64,000 nucleotides of DNA. Origin: Podarcis muralis. Taxonomy: Eukaryota. The stretch covers positions 14,136,001-14,200,000 of the forward strand of contig NC_135667.1 in NCBI RefSeq assembly GCF_964188315.1. The letters run 5' to 3'. Of the stretch, positions 36,893 through 48,820 are shown one piece after another (positions within the stretch are counted from its first letter, which is position 1; each line of letters opens with the position of its first letter). Under the pieces are notes generated by a model. The model was not told the origin of the DNA. It searched no databases and saw only the letters and a program-made list of their open reading frames with translations. The position numbers and the translations under genes were made by a program.

Positions 36893-38129
36893 CTAAGAAT
36901 GGAGAAAGAATGAAAGACGTTTTGCCACAACCGCCATCAGAACATGTTTCTTTATATACCACTTTCCCCAAAAAGTCATTCCCATAGTGTCTCACAACAC
37001 ATCAGATAACAACAGTTCAAAAACCATATCTCACTAAAAGGAATGATGCAGAGTTGGAGCTTTGCAAATGTGAACAAGTTTGTGGAACATCAACATTTTT
37101 ATTTATTTCTCTGAAATTTGACTTTCAAGAGGCAGGTCTTACTGGTAGACTGTAAGGAATTAGTGTCACATACCAAGTTGCGAGGCTTAAACTTTTGTGC
37201 ACTAATGGCACCTCCAGATCGACAGCATTTCACACAAGGAATTCAAGCACATAACAGGAAGTGTAGGTTTGCATAATTAATCCACTTAAACAAATAAATG
37301 AACAAATGTAGGAGCATGTTCTTGCCTCCTCATCTAGGGTGAATGCTGGATGAGTGGTCAATTAAAAGGTCATCTGGAGAAACCCTAAGCCGGTCTTCCT
37401 ACAAACCCTTTTTTTTTTAATGTAGAACTTTTAGGTGGAAGCATTTTTATGCAGAATGTTGAAAAAGCTGCAAAAGGTTACAGAAAGGGAGTATTACATT
37501 TAAATAGAGGCAAGGAAAGTTGAACTTGGGAGATTTGCTTTGCAATGCCTAATTTATTTTAACTTGAGCTCTGGAACCCAAATGATCAGGACTGCATCCA
37601 ACCTGCTGCATTCCTTTCACAGCACTGCAGACCACACAGCATACACTGTTATGTCACCCTTGCACTGAAAAGTTGCAGGGGTGCAGTACATACGTAATGT
37701 TTGGTAAATTGCCTTTGGAATTAGGTCACTGGGTGCTTTTTGACATTGTAAAAATACTATTCTGCAAATATATAGGCTGAGCATAGGCAGAAGATCAAAC
37801 ACTCCCATAGACTGCCAAAATCTGAAGTTCATACATGAGTTCTCTAGGGAGACAGCCAGAGCCATGAAATGTTTTGCGAACCCAGTCTCAGATCTGTTTC
37901 AGAACTGCAGTCTATTCTACTTTTCCACACAAAGATTTCTTCCCTCTTCTCCCGGTGGGAGGGGAGGATTTGGCATAACTGTCACATTCTCAGCTCCCAC
38001 GGAGACGCTTCACTGGAACATAAAGTGACCAACTCTCTTTTGTTAAGTCTGAGATGCTGGACAGGTATTGTTCCCGGGCAAGGATAGTCCTACTCACAGA
38101 AATCTGATAGGAGCCCAAAAGATGTAAAT

Positions 38130-38750
38130 TAGAAACATTAGGGAGAACTTTCTGTCAGCAAGATCTGTTTGACATAGGAAAGTTGTGGCCTCTCTTTCCT
38201 TGGAGGTTTTTAAGCCATGGTCGGATGGCCATCTGTCATGGATGCTGTGGCGATCACACAGGGTCCCCGGACGTTTGACGGTCTATTGACCCTGTGCCAC
38301 CACTGCGATTGCCTCTTCGCTGCCACCACCCCGTTTCTCTTCGGGGACACACGGAGTCCAGACAGTTGTTAACATTAACAAATAATCAAGTTTATTTGTA
38401 TAAGCATGAACAAATAACAACTTCAAACTGATTATTCCAACTATCTATCTGTCTCCACCTAACACTTCCTCTCACTCTCTCACCACACAACTTGACCAAC
38501 CCACAGACTCTTACTTCTCCAACTCCCAACGCTCAACTCTCAACTAACTTCCACACACCTCCGACTCTAACTTTTACTCCTCCCCTTGCATTCTCTCTGG
38601 CCAATCACATCACACTCATTTAACCCTTTCCTTATGACCCACCTAGGAGGCAAATGCCACAGATGCTTTAGTTGAGATTTCTACATTGCAAGGGTTTGGA
38701 CTAAATGACCCTTGGAATACCTTCCAATTCTATTATTCTATGATTCTATT
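38130..38750 (+). mobile_element. CR1 LINE 3' fragment, split by a solo LTR
   Basis: ggatggccatctgtcatggatgc|tttagttgagatt...ggactaaatgaccctt...ccaattctattattctatgattctat, the CR1 (ATTCTATG)n-type terminus. Confidence 0.75.
38246..38661 (-). mobile_element. Solo LTR (416 bp) in lectin D intron 3
   Basis: TGTGGC...GCCACA terminal inverted repeats; 5-bp TSD gatgc at 38241-38245 and 38662-38666; AATAAA on the - strand at 38391-38396. Confidence 0.88.
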
Positions 38751-38780
38751 ACATCTTGGTTGAGGAGAAATATTTCTTAC

Positions 38781-38872
38781 CTCAGCATCTCTCCATGACA
38801 ACTTGGTATCAAAATATCCATAGCAATTACCCTGGTTTTGCAGCCAACCATCAGGACAGGACAGGGCCTTGG
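38781..38872 (-). CDS. Lectin D exon 3
   Basis: cctcatag|; (A)KALSCPDGWLQNQGNCYGYFDTKLSWRDAE|gtaag; 92 nt. Confidence 0.95.
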
Positions 38873-39459
38873 CTATGAGGAGAAAGGAACAAATAGTAAG
38901 AAGGTTGTTCTTTATGTGAAATCTTATTTTAGCTACACTGCTAAAAGGGGTGACTGCTTTGAGCAATCACAGATAATTTTGAAACCAATGAATATAGGTC
39001 TAACCTAAACCATTGCTCTAATAGCCTTAACTGGGTAACCATCGCTTGAAAATATAACAAGCACTATTGATATAATGCCACTTAACCCAGATAAAGATTT
39101 CTACAGCTCCTCTCATGCTTTTTTGGTCTCATGGCCTGCCTCAAAGATGAGCTATGTAGACTGAAAGGGGCAAGGCAATGTAAAACTGCAGAAAGAGAGA
39201 CAGGCAGACAGAGCATAAAAGTGTGAAAGAAGGCAGAGTGTGAAAGAAGGATTGTCCCCAAGGAGGGAATAGAGAACTGGCTGGAGACACAACAGCTGAG
39301 GATAAGCTGAGGAGAAACAACAGCTGAGGATAAGAAGAGCAGCACAGGTTAAAAGCGTGAAACAGAGAGATAAGGAGGTGGAGGAGGTTATATGCAAGGG
39401 AGGTTATATGCAGAGGGAAGGGGAAAAGTGAAGAAAGGAGAGAAATAGATTGAGAAAAT

Positions 39460-39970
39460 AAGAGAAGCTTTTTTACTAGGAATTCTAGGTGCATAAATAC
39501 CAAAGGAGCAGAAAAGACTATTCATGTATGTGACGACAGCTGCGCAAATACTATTGGTCCAGAGATGGAAGGAAGATAAAGTTCCGACCAGAGAAGAATG
39601 GTTGATAAAGATGATGGACTACGCTGAAATGGCAAAAATGACTGGGAAGATCAGGAATCAAGAAGATAATACATTTAATAAAGGATGGGGGGGGGATTTA
39701 TAAGTTACCTTGAAGAATACTGCAAACAATTAAAAACATTGGCAGAATTATAACAACACTTGTAACGTAACAAGTGCTATGGTATGACTTGAATTTTAAG
39801 AATAAATAGAGAACATTATATGATGCAGGTGGGTAAAGGTTAACAATGGAAGCCATGGAGGAGTAGAGGGAAGTCTAAGGATTCAGGGAATCCTATATTT
39901 TTATGATTTTGATTTATATTTGAGTGAAAATGTTAAATGTAAAACTGAATTATTATTATTATTTTAAAAG
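39460..39970 (+). mobile_element. L1-clade 3' fragment in lectin D intron 2
   Basis: EAFLLGILGA...LFMYVTTAAQILLVQRWKEDKVPTREEWLIKMMDYAEMAKMTGKIRNQ. Confidence 0.8.
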
Positions 39971-40451
39971 AGAAAACAAGAGAAGCAGAAAGATGGTAAG
40001 GGCAAGAATAAGCACTACCAAAGGAGGATTCTTATTCCAGCAGAGCCCAGATGTGAATAGAGAACCAAAATATTCAAAGAGTGCAATAGGACTGTCATTT
40101 GGTGAACAGTGTTCTTTCCTTGAGGATATGTTTGAAAGACAATATTATCTTGGAAGCTTTCTCAGAGTAACATTATCTCAAACTTGACATTGCTAAGCAA
40201 GCTTGAATTCCTGAATTGTGATAGTAACTAGGATTACAAGCCCAAGAAGGGTTGATATAAAGAGTAAGATAGTAAGGGAATATTAATCATAATTCTCTTG
40301 TGTCTGCATTCTTGATTGCCTGCCATAATATTATGACTTAGACTTAAAAGGGGGGGAATAAATGAATTAATTATATTTATATGGACACCTGAAGGACTAG
40401 GGGTAAATAGTTTGCATTGGGTAATTCTAAAAAATTGGTTAAAATGCTCAC

Positions 40452-40518
40452 CTCCTGGAAAAGAACCGGAGACCAGGACTCCAAGAAGACAACAGGCGAA
40501 GGAGGTAACAAATCCCAT
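40452..40518 (-). CDS. Lectin D exon 2 (signal peptide)
   Basis: aaag|gtctaccacaagATG; MGFVTSFACCLLGVLVSGSFPG+G|gtgagc; 67 nt. Confidence 0.92.
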
Positions 40519-40785
40519 CTTGTGGTAGACCTTTTGTGGAAGAGGAATGTACAGTGAATTCAACAAATACCTCCACTGATTGCCATTCATCCCAAGTGGT
40601 GATGGAAGAAAGAAGGACATAAACATTGTCTACTCTTAAATCACAATTCTACTTTATTTGAACTTCTAAGAACTATGAAGATTAGAGAAAGATGAAAGAA
40701 ACAAAAGCTTGACGTTTATCAGTGTTGACGATTCATTGAGCTATACAATGTTGAGATTAGAAGGGACCTTGGAGACCATATGCTC

Positions 40786-40830
<45 letters not shown>

Positions 40831-41890
40831 TTTATTTATATCCCGCCCTCCCCAGCTGGAGCCGGGCTCAGGGTGGCTAACAACAATAAAACAGTACAAA
40901 AGTACAACATAAACAACATTCTAAAATCATTCATTATAAAAATTAATTAATTCAAGCCACTAGCAACCATTGGGCCAGAGCTCCGCGAAGATTGCCGAGG
41001 GAGGGAGTCAGGCTGTGCCCTGGCCAAAGGCCTGGTGGAACAGCTCTGTCTTGCAGGCCCTGCGGAAAGATGTCAAGTCCCGCAGGGCCCTGGTCTCTTG
41101 TGACAGAGTGTTCCACCAGATCGGAGCCACAGCCGAAAAAGCCCTGGCTCTAGTTGACGCCAGCCTAACTTCTCTGTGGCCTGGGACCTTCAAGATGTTT
41201 TTATTTGAAGACCGTAAGTTTCTCTGTGGGGCATACCAGGAGAGTCGGTCCCGTAGGTACGAGGGTCCTAGGCCATATAGGGCTTTAAAGGTTAAAACCA
41301 GCACCTTAAACCTGATCCTGTACTCCACCGGGAGCCAGTGCAGCTGGTATAGCACCGGGTGAATGTGATCTCGCAGCGAAGACCGCGTAAGGAGTCTCGC
41401 TGCAGCATTCTGCACCCGCTGGAGTTTCTGGGTCAGTCTCAAGGGCAGCCCCACGTAGAGCGAGTTACAATAATCCAGTCTGGAGGTGACCGTCGCGTGG
41501 ATCACAGTGGCTAGGTCAGGGCGAGAGAGGTAAGGAGCCAACTGCTTAGCTTGGCGGAGATGGAAAAATGCCGCCTTTGTTATAGCTGCAATCTGCGCCT
41601 CCATGGAAAGGGAGGTATCGAAGATTACACCCAAACTCTTAACAGACGGTGCTGGCACTAATTGCACCCCCGCAAGAGATGGGAGTTGCCCCCCCAATCC
41701 CATATCGCCCCTTCCCAACCACATGACCTCTGTCTTCGAAGGATTTAGCTTCAACCGGCTCCCACGTAACCATCCAGCCACAGCTTCCAAACATCTGGTC
41801 AGTGTGTCTGGGGCCGAGTCAGGATGGCCATCCATCAACAGATAGAGTTGGGTGTCATCGGCATACTGATGGCAACCCAGCCCAAAACTT
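40786..41890 (-). mobile_element. L2 LINE, second subfamily, 5'-truncated, in lectin D intron 1
   Basis: [10 protein letters not shown]; ORF 41008-41838 (LKLNPSKTEV, LDYCNSLYVGLP, LHWLPVEYRIRFKV); (TTA)n tail. Confidence 0.92.
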
Positions 41891-42148
41891 CCTCATTTGA
41901 GGAATCTCCAACAATATGCATTTCTATTAACACCTTCCCCAAGTACATCATTTTTGTATGCGTTACACAGCTGAAGAAATTCCATGAGAAATTCAACTGT
42001 GTTGAAAAATTCAAAGAGATACAAATTTCAAAGGGTGGCTATGTTTCAGCTCTCATATTGTTTCAGATAGTGCAAATTCAATAAGTATGTCTTTAAATGG
42101 AATCTGAACTGAATTTCTGCCCCATCCCCAACCCCACCTCCAACTTAC

Positions 42149-42248
42149 CCAGGTCCAGTCCTTTTGAGGTGATGGGTAACTCTTTCCACAGGCAAGCCTG
42201 ACTCCCAAGTTGGCTGCCTTAATTATTATATGAAGCTTTGTCAGGTCA
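42149..42248 (-). promoter_or_regulatory. Lectin D non-coding exon 1 (donor after 42149) and TATA-like box (~42225-42231)
   Basis: Reverse strand catataataattaaggcagcc...ctgg|gtaagttgg, homologous to exon 1 of B, C and E. Confidence 0.7.
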
Positions 42249-43156
42249 GAGGCAGGGGAAAGGAGGAAGGAATTTCAACCCTTTAGACATACATAAAGTA
42301 CAGATGACGAAGGAAAGGCTGTACTTCAAATACTCATAAAAACACATGATTGGTTGCATGAATGTCCCTAGGTATTTATGTGAAAGGTGATGGAAAAGTA
42401 AATATTCTAAATACAATAATAAAAGACTTAACTAGAATCAAAGAACAGGTCTACCATCTGGAGATAAACCCAAATCCGGGAGGGGCACTTCCTTCACCAC
42501 TTTCTATTTTGAAACTGAAAGGTGTCAGTGAAGGGGAGTGCTGAGTCTGTTCAAAGAGCCACCCTCACTTCAGGTAGTGCAAAGTTGACCTGTAACAAGA
42601 CTGGCCCGCATCCTTCATAAAGGGAGAGGCTGCCTTGGAATATTTCCCAGAATCCTCTGCCACATGCAAGACGTTCCCTAGCAGATGAGTCAACGTGGCA
42701 AGAATTCCATAAAACCCAAACTGTGGAAACCACTCATGTTATTCATGTTTAAAATTGGGACTTGGCGAGGTCTAGGTTTTACATGAAAATGGGAAATATC
42801 TGAGGGGAGCTAAACTCCTCCCTCCTCTTTGCTTCCTCATGCTATTTAACTCCCCCCTCCTTGGCTCATTTCTGAGATTGGGATATAAGTTCCTGTGGTG
42901 ATGGAGGGTGGGGAGCTTAGACTGGGGACTGTTCTTCTTCTTCTACTACTACTACTACACACACACCCTTGTTTTCTTCTTCTTTAGATGCTATTTTTCC
43001 TACCTGGCTTATTTGAGGGCAGCTCCAGCAGAGTGGAAGGCAAGGTTCCATCCAAATGGAAGCTGGAGACACAAACTGGGTTTCTGGAATGCTTTCTTTG
43101 GTTGTGCACCTGGTAGCTCTCAGTGGCAGCCATGTTGTCTCCATAATACACTAGGA

Positions 43157-43593
43157 CAGGCATGTCCAACTCTACAGACTGTGATCTACTCCCAGTATAT
43201 AAAGAAAACTGGCAGTGATCTACCGATTGTTGTTGAGCTTTTTTTTAGGGGGGAGTTAGCAGAGTTCTTGAGCTTTTTTTGGAGGGGGGCACCACAGTTG
43301 TTCAGCTTTCTTTTTAGGGGGGTAACAGTTGTTCAGCTTTTATGGAGACGGATTGCATAACATTGATTGCACAACAGTCCACTGACCTTCCTCCTTTCCC
43401 CACTCTGATGCCAATGCTGGAAATACAACCTTTCAAAGCTGTACTGGCAGCAAAAAGGGACACAGTGCTGGGGGTGGGGTGCGTTATGATCTCTCAGGAA
43501 CAAACGGGTGATCACTTCTTTTTCTCCCATGATTGACCGGGAGCACACCGACAATCTATCTGTTGATCATGGTCATCTGGTTGGACATTACTG
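43157..43593. mobile_element. hAT (Charlie-like) MITE
   Basis: caggcatgtccaac ... gttggacattactg TIRs; 8-bp TSD cactagga at 43149-43156 and 43594-43601. Confidence 0.88.
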
Positions 43594-45246
43594 CACTAGG
43601 AGTTTCATGAACAGACACGGTCTTCTGTAGAACACCACAAAAACATTGACGTTTCCATGATATATATTTTTTGGGTGGGAGTAGTAATCCCTACCCCCAC
43701 CCCAAGTGTCCCTTATCCTCTGGGGCATTGTAGAAAAAAGAAGAAGGCTGGTGGCCACTGGGGCCAAAAGACTTTTTAAAATTGGGTATCCTTAAGGATA
43801 TTAAATGTGGGTACAGGGTTGACAATCTGTTTTACTGAGATGTCAACTGTATTCTAAAATCTGGGTTTACGCAACAATGCACACCCCACAGATGACTTAA
43901 ACACTGTTTGATGTCTTGCATGTCTTAATGACCCATCAAGGATAAAAAGAATATAGCCGATGTTTCAAATTGCCTCAAAAGCAGTATTTTTTAATGGATT
44001 CCATATTTAGGCAGTACCAGAGGTCCTGCAGCAGGGTACATTCCCCAAATAGAGTTTACCCTTTGAGTCATTGCTTGGGGGAGTTGCAGGGGCAAGACTG
44101 TGCCACCCACCGTCAGTTAGAAATGGAATTGTTATTCAGGTCATGGGAGAAAAACAGGTCTGATTCAAGGTGCACCTGGGTGAAGGAAGTTTGGTTTTAC
44201 AGGGTCTCCCTGGGTGGGAGGTAGGGGGAAGGAGAGTATTTATAGAGCTAATATATTTTGATGGTTTCAAGGAAGCATGCTGGGAAGAAAGCAAATAGGC
44301 TGGACTAATACATTTAAGAAGGATTGAAACCAGTGCATTTGATCACAATGTGTTCTTTCCCCCTCTTTGTTTAAAGGACTTGGCACCACTTTCATGAGTT
44401 ACTTACCACTTTTATGGACTTTATATCAACTTTGCAGATGTAGATAGTTAATGTTTTAACTGCTGTTTATGGCTTAGGGCGTTCATCAAATATGGGCTAG
44501 ACTTATGAATACCGAGGCACACATGGAGGCTATGCCGTCAGAGCACCTATAATGCTTCCTTGTTGAAATAGTCAGAGTCTAAAGGTCAGGACCTTTTGGC
44601 AGGCTAAAAGCCTGACTGGTAAAGGAAGTAGTGCTAGAACCTTTTGAGATCTCCCTCTACCTGCATGAGGCTTGGGGTCACATCAACCCTGAAAACAATG
44701 GAGAATTGTTTCTGAAAGGGTGTATCCTGTTTCATTTTACCAGTACAGAACCGAATTCTGAGTGAGGGAGACATGGCAAGCTGTGAGAGAAAAGGACAAA
44801 TCAAAATGCAGAAAATTTGGCATGTTGGGGGGTGGGGTGGTCAAAAAGAGATTGGAACTCAGCAATAGTTCTCACTTCTTCTTTACTTAATTTTCAGATG
44901 GCATAGCAAACCATTCCCAAACAGCACTGCTTTGGACAGCTCTGGAGATACTACTTACCAGATTAGGAATGATAGTTTCTGAGATCAAGGAATGGGTTCT
45001 GGTCCATGTTTGGATACCATTGGACACCAACTTGAATACAGATGGTGGACGGGGACCTTCAAAATTGCACGTATTTTGACACCTGTTAAAAATGGCTGCA
45101 GCCCCACGGGACTTGGGGAATCCCGGGATTCATTAGCATTTATCATTCACTGCGCCAGCCAATCGGCTGGCGGTGGGGGCGGGCTTAGTAGGGGGCATTT
45201 AAGGTCGGGGCAGCCCGTGCTCACCCCTTTCTTTCGCAATTCATCT

Positions 45247-45534
45247 ATGGTCGAGCAATTTAGAGACCACAGGGTCTGCTTTTGGACGGACAGCCAAGCA
45301 GTGGTGTCTGTTTTAAATAAACAATCTTCCTGTTCGCCTAGAGTAGCGTGGCTTTTACAGTATTTTGTCCTTTCCTGCCTTTGGCTAAACTTGTATGTCT
45401 CAGCCAAATTTGTACCGGGTATTGATAACAACGTCTCGTTTCCAGATGGATCGCTTTCGCTCATTGGCGCCGGATGCACAGCAGCTGCCTCAGCCATTTC
45501 CGGAGCACCTCTGGAGTATTGGCAATGAGAAGTG
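45247..45534 (+). pseudogene. DIRS-type RNase H C-terminal remnant
   Basis: HRVCFWTDSQAVVSVLNKQSSCSPRVAWLLQYFVLSCLWLNLYVSAKFVPGIDNNV / SRFQMDRFRSLAPDA, with a frameshifting deletion of the ADAL-type motif near 45433. Confidence 0.85.
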
Positions 45535-46425
45535 ATAAAGGGAGTATTGTCAGCAGTTGCTCCCTCAACCCTAAGATCCTATAATAAGGCGTGGTCAGAT
45601 TTCACATCATTCCGTCGGAAAAAAGGGCTATTTAAGCTGGGCAGGTCCCCAGCTTAGTCGGAGGTTTTAGAATATCTAGTGCACCTCCGCGACTTAGGGC
45701 GGGCTCCCAAAACCCTCAATATTCATTCCGCAGCAATATTGTTCTTCTGCAAAGCTCTGTTCTCAGTCGACCCCTGCGCACACTTTGTGGTGCGGAAGCT
45801 TTTGGAAGGCTGGCGTCGGGCACAACCTCCTAGCCCCGATAGCAGAAGACCCATAACTTATGACATACTCATGCAAATATGTAAGAAGCTCAGGGTCATC
45901 TGCAGTTCTAGGTATGAGGCCAGGCTATTTTCCACAGCTTTTTCATTCGCCTTCTTTTGCTCCTTGCGCATAGGCGAGGTGGTCTGTGAGGACAAACCGG
46001 ATAGAAATAACAGGGGGCTCCTCTTAGAGGACGTGACCTTGTCAAGCTCAGAGGTAATCCTGAAAATTCACAGCTGAAAGACTGATCAGCTTGGTAGAGG
46101 GGCCCTAATCCGCCTGCAGGCTACTCAGAAGGCCGGCCCTTGCCCAGTAAAGGACGCAAGAAAATTCTTGTGCTGAAGACCAAAAGCCAGTGGCTCTTTC
46201 TTCATACACGCAGATGGCTCTCGCCTGTCAAAGCACCAGTTCACGAGGGTTATGCGCAAGGCAATCGCTGCCATTGGGCTTCCAACTGAGGAGTACACCG
46301 CACATTCTTTCTGCATCGGGGCTGCGACCACTGCCGTGCACATGGGTTTACTGGCGGAGAGGATAATGGATATGGGACGGTGGAAGTCGAACGCTTACAA
46401 GGGATACATCCGGAAACCATGGTAA
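45529..46425 (+). pseudogene. Tyrosine recombinase (phage-integrase family) of the YR element, inactivated
   Basis: One frame: APSTLRSYNKAW...FFCSLRIGE...HS*KTDQLGRG...CPV...YTAHSFCIGAATT...GRWKSNAYKGYIR*. Three internal stops, and the catalytic HSFR reads HSFC. Confidence 0.9.
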
Positions 46426-46480
46426 CATTCCTTTCCCCATCAGCCCCCCTGACCCGGCTCTCTTGCTCTTTTATTTTCAG

Positions 46481-47055
46481 GTGTCAGGGCGGTGCGTCTG
46501 TGGATCATCGGCCACAGCATTGCCCACTGGGCAAGATTGTGTGCGGTTACCAGGGGCTGGTGCGACGATCTGCAGCTCCCAAACAATGTTGAAGTTTCCT
46601 GGATCACGCGTCGGGGAATGCGTTGGGAGGAATTCTTCCCAGCAGTTACAAAAAGAATTGCTTCTGAAGGCCCACTGGAGGTGGTGGTCATCCAACTGGG
46701 CGAGAACGACCTAGCTTACAGAAAGGGGGTGGACTTAATGTGGCATATTTTCAATGACCTGGGGGAGTTGCGGTCCTCCTATCCAAATCTAACAATTATC
46801 TGGTCATCTTTGCTTGAGAGGAGCGTGTGGAGGGATTACAAAAATCCTGTGGCTGTGAATAGAGCCAGGAGGATCCTTGAGTGCTTGGTGGCACATAGAG
46901 TGGCTGCGATGGGTGGCCCGGTCATTGATAACCCAGGCATCCAGTTTAGCAAGGAGGCCCTCTACCGCAGGGATGGCGTGCATTTCTCCGATGCTGGTAA
47001 CTATATTTGGCTTGCTGACATTTTCCAGGGGATCAGGGATTGGTTACAGGTCTGA
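46481..47055 (+). CDS. SGNH/GDSL-family hydrolase ORF of the YR element (intact, no ATG, preceded by a splice acceptor)
   Basis: Blocks WIIGHS (I), RRGM (II), QLGEND (III) and RDGVH (V) all present; open for 187 codons from GTG 46492; ctcttgctcttttattttcag| acceptor ends at 46480. Confidence 0.85.
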
Positions 47056-47954
47056 GGGTATTGGCGGCGAGCCTGGCTCATGTGGTGGTAAGAATTGGCA
47101 GGGGTATTATTATGCAAATGAGTTGGGGGGAGGAATGCCATCACCTCCCCCAAATGTTGAAGGGTAGTTCGTTAAAGGACTCCGGGGGGTGTCGCCTCAT
47201 CCGAAACCTATGGAGGCTAGGGCCTAAAGCATGCTCCCGAGCGGTAACCCCTCAGGGAGCCCCTAGGGATGTGCATCTCAGGGGCTCCCCCTGTTGGCGC
47301 TTAACCCTTCCCGGTTTTATACTGGTTAGTCTGATAGGGCCAATGCCTAAAGCCAATACTGCTCTTACCTGTAATCAATAAAGTTGTGGCCATTTTTCGC
47401 CCATTAACCTAATTTCTGGTGTCCTGTGTCTTTATTCCATCTGTGGGAGGGGGGGGGGGAATCACCACGCAATTGGATGTCTTTTTGAGTCAAAGTGGTG
47501 GACTGAATCTTGAAAAAACTGCACTGATGTTGATGTCTTGCTTGATGCCGTGCATGATATAAGCAGCAGTGCAGGGATGATGCTCCTTAGGTACAATGTC
47601 CCTGCTTCCCTGGGACTTCCAAGAAAGGAGTGCAACTCACCCACCCCCGTCGTGTTGAGATTTGCAATACTGGAAGTGGAGTTGTAAGTACGGCTGGATG
47701 GAGGAGGATAGCAGTGCACTAGGAAGTATATGCCTAGGAGAGAATTTATTAGGATTACACAGAGCTGAAGCCACAAGAAAATGTCAAAGATGGAGACTGA
47801 AGAAGACAACGCTATAGACATGAATGTTTATTTTAGAGTCATTGGAGACAGCTGGTCTTTCTCTTTGAGGGATGTCGGAGGAGAAAATGATACCAGAGGC
47901 ATCTGACTTCAGTCGAAACTCCCAGCTGGCACTGTTGGGAACTGCAGGACTGCT

Positions 47955-48022
47955 TTACAGCTCTTGCTTGCAAATGAAGGTATTCATTTCATCACAGATT
48001 CTATCATTCCACTTCCGTAAAT
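47955..48022 (-). CDS. Lectin E exon 6
   Basis: tttcag|; (D)LRKWNDRICDEMNTFICKQEL*; 68 nt. Confidence 0.95.
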
Positions 48023-48332
48023 CTGAAATTTGAGATAATAGACTCATACATCAGTTTGGCAACCACTGTTTTCTGGATAAAATATATAAGTGAAGATAAT
48101 TACATGCAACCAACCTATGCAGACTGGATGTAGTCAAAGCCTTCTAACTCATGCTCAACAAATGGACCCCTGCTGATTTGGTGTACAGAGTAATTAATTT
48201 GTGAACCTTGGTACAGATAAGCACATGGCTGAGTGTTGTATCCAACCAACTCAATCTCAGAGTAAACTCTTTAAATTTAATGGATTGTAGGTAGCAATGA
48301 GGTATGAGTGATGATTGTAGGTAGTGATAAGA

Positions 48333-48687
48333 GGGACGCGGGTGGCGCTGTGGGTTAAACCACAGAGCCTAGGACTTGCTGATCAGAAGGTCGGTGGTTC
48401 GAATCCCCGTGACGGGGTGAGCTCCCGTTGCTGGGTCCCTGCTCCTGCCAACCTAGCAGTTCGAAAGCACGTCAAAGTGCAAGTAGATAAATAGGTACCG
48501 CTTCGGTGGGAAGGTAAACGGTGTTTCCGTGCGCTGCTTTGGTTCGCCAGAAGTGGCTTAGTCATGCTGGCCACTTGACCCGGAAGCTGTACGCCGGCTC
48601 CCTCGGCCAATAAAGCGGGATGAGCGCAGCAACCCCAGAGTCGGTCACGACTAGACCTAATGGTCAGGGGCCCCTTTACCTTTACCT
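48333..48687 (+). mobile_element. Sauria SINE in lectin E intron 5
   Basis: gggacgcgggtggcgctgtgggttaaaccacagagcc head, B-box ggttcgaatcc, (ACCTTT)n tail; ~11-bp TSD taggtagtgat at 48318-48328 and 48687-48697. Confidence 0.93.
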
Positions 48688-48820
48688 AGGTAGTGATGAC
48701 TAAGTACAACTTTGTTAGATACAATCTTGAGAAATATTGGCAACGGATGAAGAAGCAGATGGCAATGTAAAATCCAAGATGCAAATGTCTTCTTCTCAAC
48801 CCTGGAAATGTTTTCCTTAC

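Larger units (their letters stand above)
35540..42231 (-). other. C-type lectin gene D, 6 exons, 165 aa if the upstream exon-6 acceptor is used; TPD/WND motifs
   Basis: Hand-spliced CDS of 498 nt: MGFVTSFACCLLGVLVSGSFPGAKALSCPDGWLQNQGNCYGYFDTKLSWRDAETACRSYGHRAHLASILNVDETALIAKHISASQQEQSNVWIGLHYNGRWRWPDGSVYKFDEGYKSWYPTTPDDWAPYEHCVELLYFPETVYSFVKWNDRNCNQLNSYICKKKL. Confidence 0.85.
45090..47472 (+). mobile_element. Tyrosine-recombinase retrotransposon (Ngaro/DIRS-type), internally deleted (gag and RT missing)
   Basis: Order: 5' terminal segment with CCAAT/GC/TATA-like boxes, RNase H remnant, YR, SGNH hydrolase, 3' terminal segment with AATAAA (47377-47382). Termini placed by homology with 51060-51767; 5' boundary approximate. 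Confidence 0.88.

Noticed and set aside
35684-42231. Lectin D as a pseudogene
   Set aside because: The apparent frameshift at the exon-6 acceptor is bypassed by an in-frame AG with a good pyrimidine tract 13 nt upstream, and all other exons are intact. Kept as probably functional pending RNA data.
44992-45246. N-terminal half of ORF 44992-45528 as a real protein
   Set aside because: It runs through flank and the non-coding 5' terminal segment; only the part from ~45247 matches RNase H.
46422-46480. 59-nt intron fusing YR to the SGNH hydrolase (TG|gtaaca...ttttcag|)
   Set aside because: The donor is phase 2 and the acceptor needs phase 1; the splice enters the wrong frame (short ORF ending at 46592).
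45090-47472. Classical DIRS1 architecture (inverted terminal repeats plus internal complementary region, methyltransferase)
   Set aside because: No convincing ITRs or methyltransferase motif seen; the hydrolase ORF and direct A/B homology fit an Ngaro-like element better.
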